NCBI GenBank assembly: GCA_964057225.1
Contig: OZ059894.1
Coordinates: 9,114,001 to 9,178,000 of the forward strand
Direction: 5' to 3'
DNA length: 64,000 nt
DNA from: Auanema rhodensis
Taxonomy: Eukaryota > Animalia > Nematoda
In this document: one piece after another, positions 59,301 to 64,000 of the stretch
How positions within the stretch are numbered: the stretch's first letter is position 1
Layout of the letters: the number at the start of each line of letters is the position of its first letter
Notes under the pieces: generated by a model
What the model saw: only the letters and a program-made list of their open reading frames with translations
The model's database searches: none
What the model was told of the DNA's origin: nothing
Position numbers and translations under genes: made by a program

Positions 59301-62300
59301 AGGAACCATGATCGAACTGGTGACCTTTAGATCTTCAGTCTAACGCTCTCCCAACTGAGCTATCGAGGCTATGAGTAGACAGAATAAAGAATTCTTGAAG
59401 AGTTATCAAGAACAGAAAACCACAGTTGAAATCAATTCGAGTGTTCAAACTCTGGAATCCTCGAATCTGAATAATACTCATTACTGAAACCTAAGCTAGG
59501 ATTCAGATGACCGATAGAACTCAGAAAAGGAATAATTCAAGGTGTCGGAATGTAAAACATTGCCAGGAACCATGATCGAACTGGTGACCTTTAGATCTTC
59601 AGTCTAACGCTCTCCCAACTGAGCTATCGAGGCTATGAGTAGACAGAATAAAGAATTCTTGAAGAGTTATCAAGAACAGAAAACCACAGTTGAAATCAAT
59701 TCGAGTGTTCAAACTCTGGAATCCTCGAATCTGAATAATACTCATTACTGAAACCGAAACTAGGATTCAGATGACCGATAGAACTCAGAAAAAGAATATT
59801 TCAAGGTGTCGGAATGTAAAACATTGCCCCGAACCAGGATCGAACTGGTGACCTTTAGATCTTCAGTCTAACGCTCTCCCAACTGAGCTATCGAGGCTAT
59901 GAGTAGACAGAATAAAGAATTCTTGAAGAGTTATCAGGAACAGAAAACCACAGTTGAAATCAATTCGAGTGTTCAAACTCTGGAATCCTGGAATCTGAAT
60001 AATACTCATTACTGAAACCTAAGCTAGGATTCAGATGACCGATAGAACTCAGAAAAGGAATAATTCAAGGTGTCGGAAGGTAAAACATTGCCCCGAACCA
60101 GGATCGAACTGGTGACCTTTAGATCTTCAGTCTAACGCTCTCCCAACTGAGCTATCGAGGCTATGAGTAGACAGAATAAAGAATTCTTGAAGAGTTATAA
60201 GGAACAAAAAACCACAGTTGAAATCAATTCCAATGTTCAAACTCTGGAATCCTCGAATCTGAATAATACTCATTACTGAAACCTAAGCTAGGATTCAGAT
60301 GACCGATAGAACTCAGAAAAGGAATAATTCAAGGTGTCGGAATGTAAAACATTGCCAGGAACCATGATCGAACTGGTGACCTTTAGATCTTCAGTCTAAC
60401 GCTCTCCCAACTGAGCTATCGAGGCTATGAGTAGACAGAATAAAGAATTCTTGAAGAGTTATCAAGAACAGAAAACCACAGTTGAAATCAATTCGAGTGT
60501 TCAAACTCTGGAATCCTCGAATCTGAATAATACTCATTACTGAAACCTAAGCTAGGATTCAGATGACCGATAGAACTCAGAAAAGGAATAATTCAAGGTG
60601 TCGGAATGTAAAACATTGCCAGGAACCATGATCGAACTGGTGACTTTTAGATCTTCAGTCTAACGCTCTCCCAACTGAGCTATCGAGGCTATGAGTAGAC
60701 AGAATAAAGAATTCTTGAAGAGTTATCAAGAACAGAAAACCACAGTTGAAATCAATTCGAGTGTTCAAACTCTGGAATCCTCGAATCTGAATAATACTCA
60801 TTACTGAAACCTAAGCTAGGATTCAGATGACCGATAGAACTCAGAAAAGGAATAATTCAAGGTGTCGGAATGTAAAACATTGCCAGGAACCATGATCGAA
60901 CTGGTGACCTTTAGATCTTCAGTCTAACGCTCTCCCAACTGAGCTATCGAGGCTATGAGTAGACAGAATAAAGAATTCTTGAAGAGTTATCAAGAACAGA
61001 AAACCACAGTTGAAATCAATTCGAGTGTTCAAACTCTGGAATCCTCGAATCTGAATAATACTCATTACTGAAACCGAAACTAGGATTCAGATGACCGATA
61101 GAACTCAGAAAAAGAATATTTCAAGGTGTCGGAATGTAAAACATTGCCCCGAACCAGGATCGAACTGGTGACCTTTAGATCTTCAGTCTAACGCTCTCCC
61201 AACTGAGCTATCGAGGCTATGAGTAGACAGAATAAAGAATTCTTGAAGAGTTATCAGGAACAGAAAACCACAGTTGAAATCAATTCGAGTGTTCAAACTC
61301 TGGAATCCTGGAATCTGAATAATACTCATTACTGAAACCTAAGCTAGGATTCAGATGACCGATAGAACTCAGAAAAGGAATAATTCAAGGTGTCGGAAGG
61401 TAAAACATTGCCCCGAACCAGGATCGAACTGGTGACCTTTAGATCTTCAGTCTAACGCTCTCCCAACTGAGCTATCGAGGCTATGAGTACACAGAATGAA
61501 GAATTCTTGAAGAGTTATAAGGAACAAAAAACCACAGTTGAAATCAATTCGAGTGTTCAAACTCTGGAATCCTTAAATCTGAATAATACTCATTACTGAA
61601 ACCTAAGCTAGGATTCAGATGACCGATAGAACTCAGAAAAAGAATATTTCAAGGTGTCGGAAGGTAAAACATTGCCCCGAACCAGGATCGAACTGGTGAC
61701 CTTTAGATCTTCAGTCTAACGCTCTCCCAACTGAGCTATCGAGGCTATGAGTAGACAGAATAAAGAATTCTTGAAGAATTATCAGGAACAGAAAACCACA
61801 GTTGAAATCAATTCGAGTGTTCAAACTCTGGAATCCTGGAAACTGAATAATACTCATTACTGAAACCTAAGCTAGGATTCAGATGACCGATAGAACTCAG
61901 AAAAAGAATAATTCAAGGTGTCGGAAGGTAAAACATTGCCCCGAACCAGGATCGAACTGGTGACCTTTAGATCTTCAGTCTAACGCTCTCCCAACTGAGC
62001 TATCGAGGCTATGAGTAGACAGAATAAAGAATTCTTGAAGAGTTATCAAGAACAGAAAACCACAGTTGAAATCAATTCGAGTGTTCAAACTCTGGAATCC
62101 TCGAATCTGAATAATACTCATTACTGAAACCGAAACTAGGATTCAGATGACCGATAGAACTCAGAAAAAGAATATTTCAAGGTGTCGGAAGGTAAAACAT
62201 TGCCCCAAACCAGGATCGAACTGGTGACCTTTAGATCTTCAGTCTAACGCTCTCCCAACTGAGCTATCGAGGCTATGAGTAGACAGAATAAAGAATTCTT

Positions 62301-64000
62301 GAAGAGTTATCAGGAACAGAAAACCACAGTTGAAATCAATTCGAGTGTTCAAACTCTGGAATCCTGGAAACTGAATAATACTCATTACTGAAACCTAAGC
62401 TAGGATTCAGATGACCGATAGAACTCAGAAAAGGAATAATTCAAGGTGTCGGAAGGTAAAACATTGCCCCGAACCAGGATCGAACTGGTGACCTTTAGAT
62501 CTTCAGTCTAACGCTCTCCCAACTGAGCTATCGAGGCTATGAGTACACAGAATGAAGAATTCTTGAAGAGTTATAAGGAAGAAAAAACCACAGTTGAAAT
62601 CAATTCGAGTGTTCAAACTCTGGAATCCTTAAATCTGAATAATACTCATTACTGAAACCTAAGCTAGGATTCAGATGACCGATAGAACTCAGAAAAAGAA
62701 TATTTCAAGGTGTCGGAAGGTAAAACATTGCCCCGAACCAGGATCGAACTGGTGACCTTTAGATCTTCAGTCTAACGCTCTCCCAACTGAGCTATCGAGG
62801 CTATGAGTACACAGAATAAAGAATTCTTGAAGAGTTATCAAGAACAGAAAACCACAGTTGAAATCAATTCGAGTGTTCAAACTCTGGAATCCTCGAATCT
62901 GAATAATACTCATTACTGAAACCGAAACTAGGATTCAGATGACCGATAGAACTCAGAAAAAGAATATTTCAAGGTGTCGGAAGGTAAAACATTGCCCCGA
63001 ACCAGGATCGAACTGGTGACCTTTAGATCTTCAGTCTAACGCTCTCCCAACTGAGCTATCGAGGCTATGAGTACACAGAATGAAGATTTCTTGAAGAGTT
63101 ATCAGTGTCAGAAAACCACTGTTGTAATCAATTCGAGTGTTCAAACTCTGGAATCCTTGAATCTGAATAATACTCATTACTGAAACCGAAACTAGGATTC
63201 AGATGACCGATAGAACTCAGAAAAAGAATATTTCAAGGTGTCGGAAGGTAAAACATTGCCCCGAACCAGGATCGAACTGGTGACCTTTAGATCTTCAGTC
63301 TAACGCTCTCCCAACTGAGCTATCGAGGCTATGAGTAGACAGAATAAAGAATTCTTGAAGAGTTATCAGGAACAGAAAACCACAGTTGAAATCAATTCGA
63401 GTGTTCAAACTCTAGAATCCTCGAATCTGAATAATACTCATTACTGAAACCGAAACTAGGATTCAGATGACCGATAGAACTCAGAAAAAGAATATTTCAA
63501 GGTGTCGGAATGTAAAACATTGCCCCGAACCAGGATCGAACTGGTGACCTTTAGATCTTCAGTCTAACGCTCTCCCAACTGAGCTATCGAGGCTATGAGT
63601 AGACAGAATAAAGAATTCTTGAAGAGTTATAAGGAACAGAAAACCACAGTTGAAATCAATTCGAGTGTTCAAACTCTAGAATCCTCGAATCTGAATAATA
63701 CTCATTACTGAAACCGAAACTAGGATTCAGATGACCGATAGAACTCAGAAAAAGAATATTTCAAGGTGTCGGAATGTAAAACATTGCCCCGAACCAGGAT
63801 CTAACTGGTGACCTTTAGATCTTCAGTCTAACGCTCTCCCAACTGAGCTATCGAGGCTATGAGTAGACAGAATAAAGAAGTCTTGAAGAGTTATAAGGAA
63901 CAGAAAACCACAGTTGAAATCAATTCGAGTGTTCAAACTCTAGAATCCTCGAATCTGAATAATACTCATTACTGAAACCGAAACTAGGATTCAGATGACC
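47336..64000 (-). repeat. Inverted tRNA-Phe array, distal - arm, about 63 copies, continuing past the window end
   Basis: tRNA 3' ends run from 47417 to 63785 (62x264). Confidence 0.98.
55865..60953 (-). pseudogene. Nine interspersed defective tRNA-Phe copies sharing three substitutions
   Basis: TGCCAGGAACCATGATCG replaces TGCCCCGAACCAGGATCG at 55865, 56129, 56657, 56921, 59297, 59561, 60353, 60617 and 60881. The changes are C61A in the T-stem/B-box and two acceptor-stem mismatches. Confidence 0.85.

Noticed and set aside
11416-64000. CRISPR-like repeat/spacer periodicity
   Set aside because: The spacers are near-identical rather than unique, the conserved part is a tRNA gene, the context is eukaryotic, and there are no cas genes.
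37859-64000. Inverted arm as a sequencing fold-back artefact
   Set aside because: The - arm has its own variants, a duplication-bearing unit and an LTR insertion that are absent from the + arm, so it is not a mirror copy.

Overview
Eukaryotic, AT-rich nematode-type DNA. Evidence is the many ~40-nt GT-AG introns, a nematode-type tRNA-Phe and a HEATR5/soap-1 orthologue. The first 11.1 kb is gene-dense, with three + strand spliced genes: a SAYSvFN-motif protein (SAYSD1-like, 215-872), a small unrecognised gene (~1714-2428) and a HEATR5B/soap-1 orthologue (2743-11108). About 300 bp after the last stop codon the sequence switches abruptly to a >52-kb tandem array of a 264-bp unit, each carrying one tRNA-Phe(GAA) gene. 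Coordinate arithmetic gives about 186 copies: 101 on +, then an inversion at ~37859, then 22 + 63 on -, running off the window. The - arm is interrupted by a 3558-bp LTR element (43778-47335). It has identical 345-bp LTRs, non-canonical CG...CG termini, a 4-bp ATTA target duplication, a tRNA-Gln primer-binding site and a PPT. It has no gag/pol but carries an antisense, intron-containing cargo gene. Four independent rearrangements (array edge, 75-bp deletion, inversion, LTR insertion) each have a breakpoint in the same 9-bp motif (TAATGAGTA). That motif sits directly beside a 23-bp palindrome containing telomere-repeat-like sequence. All alignments and counts were done by eye or arithmetic; no database searches were run.
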